A DNA stretch of 64,000 nt, taken from positions 1-64,000 of the IMG/VR virus record IMGVR_UViG_3300031687_001114; one strand, written 5' to 3'. The position numbers and the translations under genes were made by a program. Source of the stretch: an uncultured virus (IMG/VR IMGVR_UViG_3300031687_001114). Lineage: Duplodnaviria; Heunggongvirae; Uroviricota; Caudoviricetes. Shown one piece after another: positions 56,259 to 64,000 of the stretch (position 1 is the first letter of the stretch; the number at the start of each line of letters is the position of its first letter). The notes below the pieces were generated by a model. That model had not been told where the DNA came from and did not search any database. It worked only from the letters and a program-made list of their open reading frames with translations.

Positions 56259-59200
56259 CTAATATCCGCTGTTGTCTGTTGAGCTACTAGAGTTGCCCAC
56301 AGAATTATTTAGGGTAATTGTATTACCCAATGTAGTGTTTGCTACACTTTGATCCAGTACATAAGTACCATGGTAGTATGTTACACTGTTAGGCATGTAA
56401 AATACTTGCCCAAAGAATGTGTGCGTCATACTTGTTCCGTCACCTGCAAAGTTTGCCGCTTCAGCTGAAGCATATAACGGATAGTAACCATTAATAGCAT
56501 AAGGACCCACAGAGCTGTCAACACCATTGTATGTTGTTAATAGTCCGCTACTAGTCTTGTTAGGCTTAATGTTACCATGTGTTAATTTGTCTACAACATC
56601 AATTTCGTCAATGCCGGCTGTACTTAAAAATAGTTCGTCTGCATCTGCTTTAACTTGGAATAAGTCTCCAAAAACACCACTTGCTTTTGTAGGCACAATA
56701 ACAATACTGCCTATAGCATTTCCAACTTGCTGATGTATATAACTGCTTAGTTCTGTGAAGTAAAAAGTATCGCCGAAGTCCCAATTATCTACATTGAAAT
56801 ATTGGTTAATTGCGCCAATAACTTTTGTTTTAATTTCGTTATCACTTAAACTTGTTCCAGGCAATCGAACAACTTTGAATTTTGCTTGTAGCTCATCAGT
56901 TGCATCATCGCCAAATATTAATTTAAATCTTCCACTCTTGAATACTAATTGGTCACTAGCAGATTTAAAGTCTTGTAAAATAGCAAATTCGTTTTCTAAT
57001 TCTGAACTAGTAGGTGCTGTTGGGAAATCTGTTCCTGGCACTTTAATATAAGATTGCATGTCTTCCCAGTACGAAGAAGTAAGTACAAAGAATTCATGTA
57101 CGTTACTAACACTAGGATCGATTCGCATACTATTGTCTGCAACGTGAGTCCATTTAAATACTACACCGTTTTGTCTGAGTGACTTAGAATTCTGTGTAAA
57201 ACTTCTGCCTTTTTTAGCAAAGTGACTTGAACTTTCGTAGTTGCTAACACTTGCTAAGTTTGTGCTACTCTTAGTTAAAATAAATACCTTCCCAGTGTCT
57301 TTAGAATAAATCTTTTTATTATGCATGCCACCAGTAGTTTCATTTTTACCTTGCTGGTTATTAAATAAATCAACAACAGTTTTGTTTCTAACTAAGTAGA
57401 ATTCGTAATCAGCAGTATTATACGGCACACCAGCGGCGCCTGTCACAGTTGATCTATCTCCAGCAAACGTTAGTGTTGTTTCTTTTCTTAAATCTAATAT
57501 GCCTGTTTTAACTGGTCTAGTATAAGTGTAGCCATCAAAGTCTTCATAGTTTTCAAATAATATAATGTCGTCTGCGCCAACAAAATGTTCAAACTGGATT
57601 GGATTATCTGGACTATCTGATGATGCTGTATTAACAGGAGTAACTTTAACCTTCTTAGGATCAGTATATCCGTCTGGGTAACTAAAGTTTCCTATAGCAC
57701 TATATACTATCGGAGCATCAAGTCTAGAGTTGTCGTTAACATACTTAACTGCAATAGTATCACTTCTGTTATTTCTAGCAGAGTTGTCTATGGCATAGTG
57801 ATGTCTTGCTTCAAAGTCAACTACAAGTGTTCCTGTCTGTGCCGCATAGTTACTAGTAGCTAATTGGAAAGAAGCGCCAGCTACTGTACATGAACCGCCT
57901 GCCGCCAGTGTTAAGTTCTGATTATTATATCTGTATGCAATGCCGCCTGTAGCATTTAAAATTGGTCCACCGAATGTGGTACCATCAAACGCTATAGTTA
58001 TTTTTGGCAACTTATAAATTACGCCAGTGTCTGCAACTACTACTACTTTGTCAGTAACAGTTGTTGATGCCGATGTGCCTAATTCAATTGATGTTGGTTG
58101 TACAAAAGCCCCTATGGCTCCATTTTGATAAATTCCTAAGTTAGATATAACTGAAACTGCTATATCGTAATGCTTAACATTTCTGGAAATCAACGGTATA
58201 TTAGAAAAGTAAGATCCTGTAGTACCTAAATACCACTTGTCTCCAATTATTACACCGTCTTCGTCAACCCATGTAAATGATTCTGTGAAACTAGGCTTAA
58301 TGTTTAATGTTGGTAATTCAATTGAATCGTATTTTGCTAAACCTGTTGCGTTATCCTGTAACCTGTTTTCATTGACATTATAAAATCTAACATCGTCTAA
58401 ACTTTCGAACACAAATTGTGTTCCTCTAATTTCAATATCATATCTGTATGATAATGTATCTACATTAACATATTTAAATTTTAATATCCAACTTGCATCT
58501 AATCCTGTTCCTGATGAATCTCCGGTATACGAAGCACTAAAGTCTTTAGCAGTACTTAAATTATTATTCTCTATAATATAGAATCTATTTTCGCTAGGCA
58601 TAAATCTTACGCCAAATGTTCTTCTAGAAGCCATTGCCGATTTTAATTGCTGTTCTTCTAATGCAAATAATGTTTTTCTTAAAATAACAATTACTTCATC
58701 ACATTTCCAACCATTTGTAATTTTCTTATTAAGTTTAACTGGGCCATTTGATGTACTACTAGCCGAGTTTCTAACACCGTTGTTATCCATACTAACAATC
58801 TTAGCCCATTCATATTTTGTTTTATCAGTGGGATCATAGAATTTTAACATATAGCCAGGCTGTATAATTTTAAACAGCGTATTAGCTACATTAACGTCAG
58901 TAGGTGTTCCACCAGCTGTATATGTCTCAGACATATACCCAAACACACCTGTAGCAATTCTTGGCAATGTATTCCATGTTATGCCGAATAATGAAATATC
59001 AAACATATCAGTATAAGCAGGAACTTCTTTAACTTTAGTTCTAAATGTGCTGTAAATAAAATCATTAAGTTTTAAGTTCTTAATAATAGTTGGAAACTTT
59101 GTGTTAATAAAATCTTGTGTAGTATTCGTAGTTGTTACTTTAAATGCATCACTAGAGTTACTAGGCTCTTCATACAATGCGCCATCTTCTGCGATACTAG

Positions 59201-60632
59201 TTGTGGTCTGGAAAGTACTAGTAGGATCTGTAATATCAATATATCTACTGTGTCCAGCATGTGTTTTGTTAGTAACTTTTAATTTTTTAATGTTTGTGCT
59301 TTTAGCTAAAGGAAGTACTTGGTAGTCTTGAGCTGTAACCATTCTGTCTTGAGCATAATATGCCTGTGGTGCTCTTTCCTTAATGCCAGCAAGTGTTTCT
59401 GCAGGTAAACTGTTTGATACCTTGCTTTCTAGTTTTGATGTAATTGTTAACTGATGCGATTTACCATCTCCTGTAAAGTATGGTATAGTTGTTACAACAG
59501 TTCTAACATCATCTGGCTGTAGTGCAAATCTTTCGTTGTCACTAACTCTGTACTGAGCTTTAAATGATCCCATAGGTACGTTTGCAAAGTTACCGTCTGC
59601 AAACTGTAGTCTAATACCACCTTGTCCTACATTTTGTACAGCATATAATAACGGAGTATTTTTAGCCTTAGTGTTATACATTAAAGTCTGTCCAACAGTG
59701 TTTGGAACTTTAACCCACTTAGTTAATACTTTATCATTACTATCTACTTCTGACAAATATACATCTGTTTCATTAATATTATCAACAGCAATTGCTTGTT
59801 GTCTGTTTTCAATTGGTGTAGTAAAATCGAAATTTGATGATCGCAATGTGCCTTGCTTAAACATCATAAAGAATCCAGTATTTTTACTTAATGATCCTAG
59901 TCCGTCATTTCTATGAAGTATTGAAAAGTTGTTTGTGCTGTCTGGATGCTTTTCTGCAAACACACCGGCATCTTCAAAATCAACATTCACAAATTCAAAT
60001 GCTCTGTCAACTCCGTTAACATTTACATCAAAGCCGTATGTTTGCGATGCAGTGATTGGAGTGTTAATATCGTATCTGTCTGTTATGATTCCACCGACAG
60101 TTCCTGTTTTTACAGGCTTACTAAATCTGTTAACATTACCAAATGCACTATTCATTATAGTTAAAAATTGTTCGTAACTGTCTGGATTGTTTGCATCGTT
60201 CCAGCTAATAGTTTTATCGTTTATACTTGCACCCGAACTATCTGTTAACGCCTCTGAAGTTGACACGCTTACAATTTTCATTAATCCACTTGCAGGCATA
60301 TTTCGTTTTGGATTGTATCCAAGTTGTCTAGCAAGTTTAAATACCGAGTCTCTTCGCTCAGCAGTTTCTAAAAAGTTTTCTCTTGTATTAACATCCATTC
60401 TGAATGCAATACTTTGCCCGAGGTAGGCAAGCAATTCTATGATTGCTATGAATTCTGAACTTTCAATATAATCATTGAAGTTTTCTGGAAAATTAGATTT
60501 GATATATTCGACCATTGCATTTCTAATAGTGTCAAAGTCGTATGCTTGAAAGTCTACTTGACTATATGCCTGATAGGCTACTGACCAATCTTCTGCCGCG
60601 AATAAATTATTTTGTCTGCTATTAACTGCCAT
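56259..60632 (-). CDS. Baseplate wedge protein (T4 gp6-like / baseplate J-related, extended)
   Basis: DFDTIR..M..YI....PENFNDY.ESS...IELLAY...RENFLETAERRDSV..LA..LGYNP; FADG.F; DRMVTAQDY; WDFGDTFY. Confidence 0.85.
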   Translation of the reverse strand: MAVNSRQNNLFAAEDWSVAYQAYSQVDFQAYDFDTIRNAMVEYIKSNFPENFNDYIESSEFIAIIELLAYLGQSIAFRMDVNTRENFLETAERRDSVFKLARQLGYNPKRNMPASGLMKIVSVSTSEALTDSSGASINDKTISWNDANNPDSYEQFLTIMNSAFGNVNRFSKPVKTGTVGGIITDRYDINTPITASQTYGFDVNVNGVDRAFEFVNVDFEDAGVFAEKHPDSTNNFSILHRNDGLGSLSKNTGFFMMFKQGTLRSSNFDFTTPIENRQQAIAVDNINETDVYLSEVDSNDKVLTKWVKVPNTVGQTLMYNTKAKNTPLLYAVQNVGQGGIRLQFADGNFANVPMGSFKAQYRVSDNERFALQPDDVRTVVTTIPYFTGDGKSHQLTITSKLESKVSNSLPAETLAGIKERAPQAYYAQDRMVTAQDYQVLPLAKSTNIKKLKVTNKTHAGHSRYIDITDPTSTFQTTTSIAEDGALYEEPSNSSDAFKVTTTNTTQDFINTKFPTIIKNLKLNDFIYSTFRTKVKEVPAYTDMFDISLFGITWNTLPRIATGVFGYMSETYTAGGTPTDVNVANTLFKIIQPGYMLKFYDPTDKTKYEWAKIVSMDNNGVRNSASSTSNGPVKLNKKITNGWKCDEVIVILRKTLFALEEQQLKSAMASRRTFGVRFMPSENRFYIIENNNLSTAKDFSASYTGDSSGTGLDASWILKFKYVNVDTLSYRYDIEIRGTQFVFESLDDVRFYNVNENRLQDNATGLAKYDSIELPTLNIKPSFTESFTWVDEDGVIIGDKWYLGTTGSYFSNIPLISRNVKHYDIAVSVISNLGIYQNGAIGAFVQPTSIELGTSASTTVTDKVVVVADTGVIYKLPKITIAFDGTTFGGPILNATGGIAYRYNNQNLTLAAGGSCTVAGASFQLATSNYAAQTGTLVVDFEARHHYAIDNSARNNRSDTIAVKYVNDNSRLDAPIVYSAIGNFSYPDGYTDPKKVKVTPVNTASSDSPDNPIQFEHFVGADDIILFENYEDFDGYTYTRPVKTGILDLRKETTLTFAGDRSTVTGAAGVPYNTADYEFYLVRNKTVVDLFNNQQGKNETTGGMHNKKIYSKDTGKVFILTKSSTNLASVSNYESSSHFAKKGRSFTQNSKSLRQNGVVFKWTHVADNSMRIDPSVSNVHEFFVLTSSYWEDMQSYIKVPGTDFPTAPTSSELENEFAILQDFKSASDQLVFKSGRFKLIFGDDATDELQAKFKVVRLPGTSLSDNEIKTKVIGAINQYFNVDNWDFGDTFYFTELSSYIHQQVGNAIGSIVIVPTKASGVFGDLFQVKADADELFLSTAGIDEIDVVDKLTHGNIKPNKTSSGLLTTYNGVDSSVGPYAINGYYPLYASAEAANFAGDGTSMTHTFFGQVFYMPNSVTYYHGTYVLDQSVANTTLGNTITLNNSVGNSSSSTDNSGY

Positions 60633-60633
60633 G

Positions 60634-61005
60634 TTATATCTCTACGTTTTCCCTAGCATACTCTACAAATAGTGTGTCTTCCGATAAAAACGGTTTAAAC
60701 TTTAAGTGTAATGTTATGCGAATTGTGTGGTCTAATACATCAGTGAACATATCGGTCATTTCTACCCTGCTGTCCTTCGATACAATACGCTCTATATCTT
60801 CTTTGATTTCTGCAACAACGTATTGGTCTAGAGGGTTCATTATAATATCCCAAATTCTAGTACCATATGTAGGTCTCATTACTCGCTCACCTCTTTTGGT
60901 ATAAAGTTCGTTAAGTAAGTCAGCTTTTATAAGTTCACCATCAATTAGCGTATAAGGTGCCCTTACCTTGCCTGTTGTGCTGAATCCTCTGTATATATTT
61001 GCCAT
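60634..61005 (-). CDS. Baseplate wedge subunit, gp25/GPW-like
   Basis: YRGFST, IKADLLN..TKRGERVMRPTYGT.IWD, DSRV. Confidence 0.9.
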   Translation of the reverse strand: MANIYRGFSTTGKVRAPYTLIDGELIKADLLNELYTKRGERVMRPTYGTRIWDIIMNPLDQYVVAEIKEDIERIVSKDSRVEMTDMFTDVLDHTIRITLHLKFKPFLSEDTLFVEYARENVEI

Positions 61006-61010
61006 ACAAC

Positions 61011-61017
61011 TATTTAT
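61011..61017 (-). promoter_or_regulatory. T4-late-like element ATAAATA, 5 nt before gp25 ATG
   Basis: Minus strand ATAAATA-GTTGT-ATG. Confidence 0.65.
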
Positions 61018-61070
61018 CCTAAAGGATTAAAACTAGTTATAATAAACACCATAATAAGCCTAAAAAAATG

Positions 61071-61099
61071 TTGACTTTTCAATAGAATGGATACATAAT
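61071..61099 (+). promoter_or_regulatory. Sigma70-type promoter TTGACT-N17-CATAAT
   Basis: TTGACT 61071-61076 preceded by an A-tract, CATAAT 61094-61099; upstream of plus-strand cassette. Confidence 0.65.
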
Positions 61100-61148
61100 A
61101 ACATAGTAGGAATTATCTTGCTAATTTTATAAATTTATAGGAATAACA

Positions 61149-61424
61149 ATGAGAAATATCATTGAACGATTCGACAGCATTTGCAAAAAAGCAGACGCAG
61201 TTAACAAGCAGTTAAAATTAACTGATCAGTCTTCTGGGTACGGACCTCGTTTCCAAAAGATGATGTCGAAAAAACAGAATCGTCTACATTCCGTAGGCAT
61301 TTACGATTACCACACTAAGGGCTATGTATTGTTCGAAATGGTTAATCTTGTAGGTCAGAAGGGCAAAGTACCACAGGAATTCTATGACATGGAATCTATG
61401 CTCAAGAATGCCGTTACCGCCTAA
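61149..61424 (+). CDS. Hypothetical protein (91 aa)
   Basis: AGGA RBS; first gene after sigma70 promoter. Confidence 0.7.
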   Translation: MRNIIERFDSICKKADAVNKQLKLTDQSSGYGPRFQKMMSKKQNRLHSVGIYDYHTKGYVLFEMVNLVGQKGKVPQEFYDMESMLKNAVTA

Positions 61425-62034
61425 CAAAAATATTGTTTTTATACATGGTAGTGGCGCCTCCACGTTAAGTTTTAACTTTTTACAAATATTCTTGCCAGAA
61501 CATAACGTACTTTATATAGAGTACGACACGCAAGAGCTACCGGAAACATTAGTAACTCGTATCAAAATGGAAATACTCGATGAGTTTGGGCATGAACCAT
61601 TCTCCGTAATAGCACATAGTTACGGGTGTTTGCTAGGATTAAAAGCGGTACAGGCATTTGCTAACTGTGAAGTATTTTTAGCCATGAGTGCTCCGTGGGG
61701 CGGTAGTAGAACAGCAAAATGGTTATCGTATGCATTCAGACACAGCAAACTTTTTACAGCACTAAATCCAAAGAGTACGTTTATCACTGCATTACAAACT
61801 GTAAACAATGATTTTAAGATAATTAACATAGTAACAACAGGAACTAGAGGAGCCGGAAATGCTCTTGCTGGTATGGGTGAATCTAACGATGGCACTCTAA
61901 CTGTTAAAACACAGAAATCTGTTCCTAGTAATTTTAATAATTTGAAACAGATTGAAATGGGTACTAGTCACAACGAAGTGCTAGTTAATTTTGAAACGGT
62001 TGAAATTATAAAAAGGGAGATGTTTGGTGAATAA
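61408..62034 (+). CDS. Alpha/beta hydrolase (lipase/esterase-like)
   Basis: VFIHG oxyanion motif, AHSYG nucleophile elbow, APWGGS, NDG (Asp), SHNE (His). Confidence 0.85.
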   Translation: MPLPPNKNIVFIHGSGASTLSFNFLQIFLPEHNVLYIEYDTQELPETLVTRIKMEILDEFGHEPFSVIAHSYGCLLGLKAVQAFANCEVFLAMSAPWGGSRTAKWLSYAFRHSKLFTALNPKSTFITALQTVNNDFKIINIVTTGTRGAGNALAGMGESNDGTLTVKTQKSVPSNFNNLKQIEMGTSHNEVLVNFETVEIIKREMFGE

Positions 62035-62239
62035 TAACCATAGCTTAAACGATACCTTAGAAGAAGAACTTCGTCTTATGCTTGTTGACAAGAACAACGA
62101 ATGTAATCAACTAAGAGCCGAAATTAAAACTTTAAGAAGATCAGTTGCTGAAGAACAAGAAGGCAAATATAGAGCCTATATCAAGTTTGCTGATTTACAA
62201 CAACAAATACATACAAATAAGAATAACGAAACAGCTTAA
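62024..62239 (+). CDS. Small coiled-coil hypothetical protein (71 aa)
   Basis: GGGAG RBS; heptad-like helix; stop overlaps convergent gp5-like stop. Confidence 0.65.
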   Translation: MVNNNHSLNDTLEEELRLMLVDKNNECNQLRAEIKTLRRSVAEEQEGKYRAYIKFADLQQQIHTNKNNETA

Positions 62240-63780
62240 CTAGTTGGATTGTCTTTGTCTGCATGGCCTATATAAGGCTCTCGAGTCAGTAATGGCTCTA
62301 TAATACTAGTAACAGTATCTTTATTACCATCTCTCTCACCGTCAGTGGTCAACGGATTATCTTCGCTAGTTGCTTGAAAGTCATATTCCCACCCTGGTGT
62401 TTCTATTGGCTGGTCTTCATGTGCTATTGTCGGTATAGCCAAAGCGGCTTTACTGTTTTCTGCCTGTGTTGCACTACCACCATCATTGAGATGCACTGTA
62501 CTGCCCACTACGTTTACTTTATTACCTGCTTGTATATTTGTCTCACCGCCTGCCTTAATATGCTGAGTTTCTGACGCTGTACTAAACATGTTAGACTTAG
62601 CATTTAAATGCATGTCAGTGCCAGCGGTTGCAAGTAGTGATTGTCTGGCAGTTAAATGCATACTGCCTAACTCGTCTACTTCTAACACAAAGTCTTTCAT
62701 AACTTTCATAGTAGCTTCTGCGCCAGCGTTAATGTTGAGTACGCCACGTTGATTGCCGTCCTCGTCTTGTTGTCCATGTGCTTCGCCATAAACACCTGCA
62801 TTAATATTTACAGATGTGTTGCCTTCTAGATTTAAATTTTTGTCTGCACGAATATTGATGTTACCTTTAGCTCTATACGAAATATCTTTTTCACTATATA
62901 TTTGTATGTCGCCGTCTCCACTCATCTCTACCCACGCAGTACCTTTTGCATTTATTATATAAATTAGTCCGTTAGTGTCGTCCATTAATACTTGGTTGCC
63001 ACCTGCTGTTCTAATTCTTATATTTTTACTGTCGCCGTTGATGTCGCCATCGTCCATCACAAAACTGTGTCCACCTGTTCTGTGTGTGCCGTCTTTTTTA
63101 CCTGTAGTTAAATTTACATCTTCTGCACCAGGAGTAGATATACCAAATACTGCACTAGGTGATTCTCTTCTTGCACTAGATGACGATAAGCCTCTGAGCT
63201 TGTCATTTATTAAGCCTTGGTCAAGAATAGGTTTTGTTATATATGGGTTAACTGGTCGTGTAGCATTAACACCGTGATTTATTTGGTCTGTTTGTCTATT
63301 AACTTCTGCAACTGGCAATTTTTGGTCTGTGCCAAAAGTTCTGCCTGCGGCATTACCAGGTACCATGTTAGCCATTTGATCTGGTAGTAAACATCCTAGT
63401 ACAAATGGTAATTTAGATTTGCCGTCAGCAAAACATACTAATACCCAGTTACCTACATCAGGCGGTACCATCCACATGCCATATGTTTTTTGTGTTTCGA
63501 CATACGATGCTAAATTGTCTCCAATTCTGTTAGCCGGGGTACTTCCACCAAACGGAGTACTCCAGAATGCATTAACCCAATTACTCGGATTATCTCTATC
63601 TTTGCCTAACGATGGAATATACACTGTTAGTCTGCCACTGTTAGTATCGTCTTTAGGTCTAACAATAACTTCGCCTAAATATACACCGAAATCTAAATCA
63701 GCATTTTTAGTCATTTCCGCAGTGGGATTATTTCTACTAACTTTAAACTTATCTGCTCTATAATTTCCGCGTAAACTCAT
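62236..63780 (-). CDS. Baseplate hub/spike protein, gp5/VgrG-like (N-terminal OB fold, beta-helix)
   Basis: GEV...D....GRL.VYIP, YGMWMVPPDVGN.VLV.F.DG, GGHSFVMDDG, IRTAGGNQ, repeated short beta-strands. Confidence 0.85.
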   Translation of the reverse strand: MSLRGNYRADKFKVSRNNPTAEMTKNADLDFGVYLGEVIVRPKDDTNSGRLTVYIPSLGKDRDNPSNWVNAFWSTPFGGSTPANRIGDNLASYVETQKTYGMWMVPPDVGNWVLVCFADGKSKLPFVLGCLLPDQMANMVPGNAAGRTFGTDQKLPVAEVNRQTDQINHGVNATRPVNPYITKPILDQGLINDKLRGLSSSSARRESPSAVFGISTPGAEDVNLTTGKKDGTHRTGGHSFVMDDGDINGDSKNIRIRTAGGNQVLMDDTNGLIYIINAKGTAWVEMSGDGDIQIYSEKDISYRAKGNINIRADKNLNLEGNTSVNINAGVYGEAHGQQDEDGNQRGVLNINAGAEATMKVMKDFVLEVDELGSMHLTARQSLLATAGTDMHLNAKSNMFSTASETQHIKAGGETNIQAGNKVNVVGSTVHLNDGGSATQAENSKAALAIPTIAHEDQPIETPGWEYDFQATSEDNPLTTDGERDGNKDTVTSIIEPLLTREPYIGHADKDNPTS

Positions 63781-64000
63781 CCGCCTGTACTCCTGTCCGC
63801 TTTGGACTCATTAAATGTTTCTAGTTGTCGTGCGTTGACGGCGTCTGCTTCTGCATTAGGATCAAATCCATCATCTGCTGGACCGGCTAAGTAGCCATCT
63901 CCGTAATCTATATCTACTATGTCGTACTCAGATAAATTTAGTGCTGTATTCTTTTTAGCATTTACTTCTATTTCAAACATGCCATTACTAAATGTACATG
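63777..64000 (-). CDS. C-terminal part of an upstream structural gene (probable tail/baseplate hub), truncated by window edge
   Basis: Frame stays open to the window end (...CTFSNGMFEIEVNAKK), so the Met at 63980 is internal; stop overlaps gp5-like start. Confidence 0.55.
   Translation of the reverse strand, partial: CTFSNGMFEIEVNAKKNTALNLSEYDIVDIDYGDGYLAGPADDGFDPNAEADAVNARQLETFNESKADRSTGG

Noticed and set aside
1081..63763. Many 60-190-aa plus-strand ORFs antisense to long minus-strand genes
   Set aside because: They are shadow ORFs of the real genes: no RBS, no motifs and composition typical of antisense frames
63777..63980. Stand-alone 67-aa gene as listed in the ORF track
   Set aside because: The frame is open to the window edge, so it is most likely the tail of a longer gene
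1..64000. Cellular or giant-virus (NCLDV) origin suggested by metK, desaturase and eukaryote-type PMM
   Set aside because: gp25/gp6/gp5-like baseplate genes, Shine-Dalgarno sites, overlapping genes and T4-late-like elements indicate a tailed bacteriophage
1..64000. Stop-codon reassignment as seen in some jumbo phages
   Set aside because: Genes are full length in the standard code and TAA, TAG and TGA all terminate genes at coupled junctions
1..64000. CRISPR array, tRNA genes, integrase/transposase or DGR repeats
   Set aside because: No regularly spaced nucleotide repeats, cloverleafs, recombinase or reverse-transcriptase motifs were seen by eye; intergenic space is minimal

Overview
This window is part of a large (jumbo-type) tailed dsDNA bacteriophage genome with myovirus-like baseplate genes. 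It is AT-rich, uses the standard code and is almost entirely coded on the minus strand. The right part (~35.7-64 kb) is a virion module. It contains a partial hub-like gene, a gp5/VgrG-like spike, gp25-like and gp6-like baseplate wedge proteins, a 5,536-aa giant structural protein with a degenerate YHYH domain, a collar-like protein and a tail fibre. A small plus-strand alpha/beta-hydrolase cassette interrupts this module. Directly downstream and co-oriented (~0.7-35.7 kb) is a ~35-kb, tightly coupled biosynthetic cluster. It encodes eight radical-SAM enzymes with N-terminal SPASM/twitch-like domains, its own SAM synthetase (metK), a carbamoyltransferase, methyltransferase, PLP enzyme, 2OG-Fe(II) oxygenase, UDP-sugar dehydrogenase, eukaryote-type phosphomannomutase, several glycosyltransferase-like proteins (one a 1,294-aa chain of ~12 GT-like modules), a fatty-acid desaturase, an SCP2 lipid carrier, SDRs and an SGNH-like protein. 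A T4-late-like TAAATA element recurs upstream of both structural and enzyme genes. In five cases it lies exactly 5 nt before an ATG with no Shine-Dalgarno, which suggests leaderless late mRNAs. The best candidate for a new system is a late-expressed, phage-encoded radical-SAM/glyco-lipid modification pathway, possibly decorating the virion; its product and target are inference. All annotations come from motif recognition by eye, and no database searches were run.
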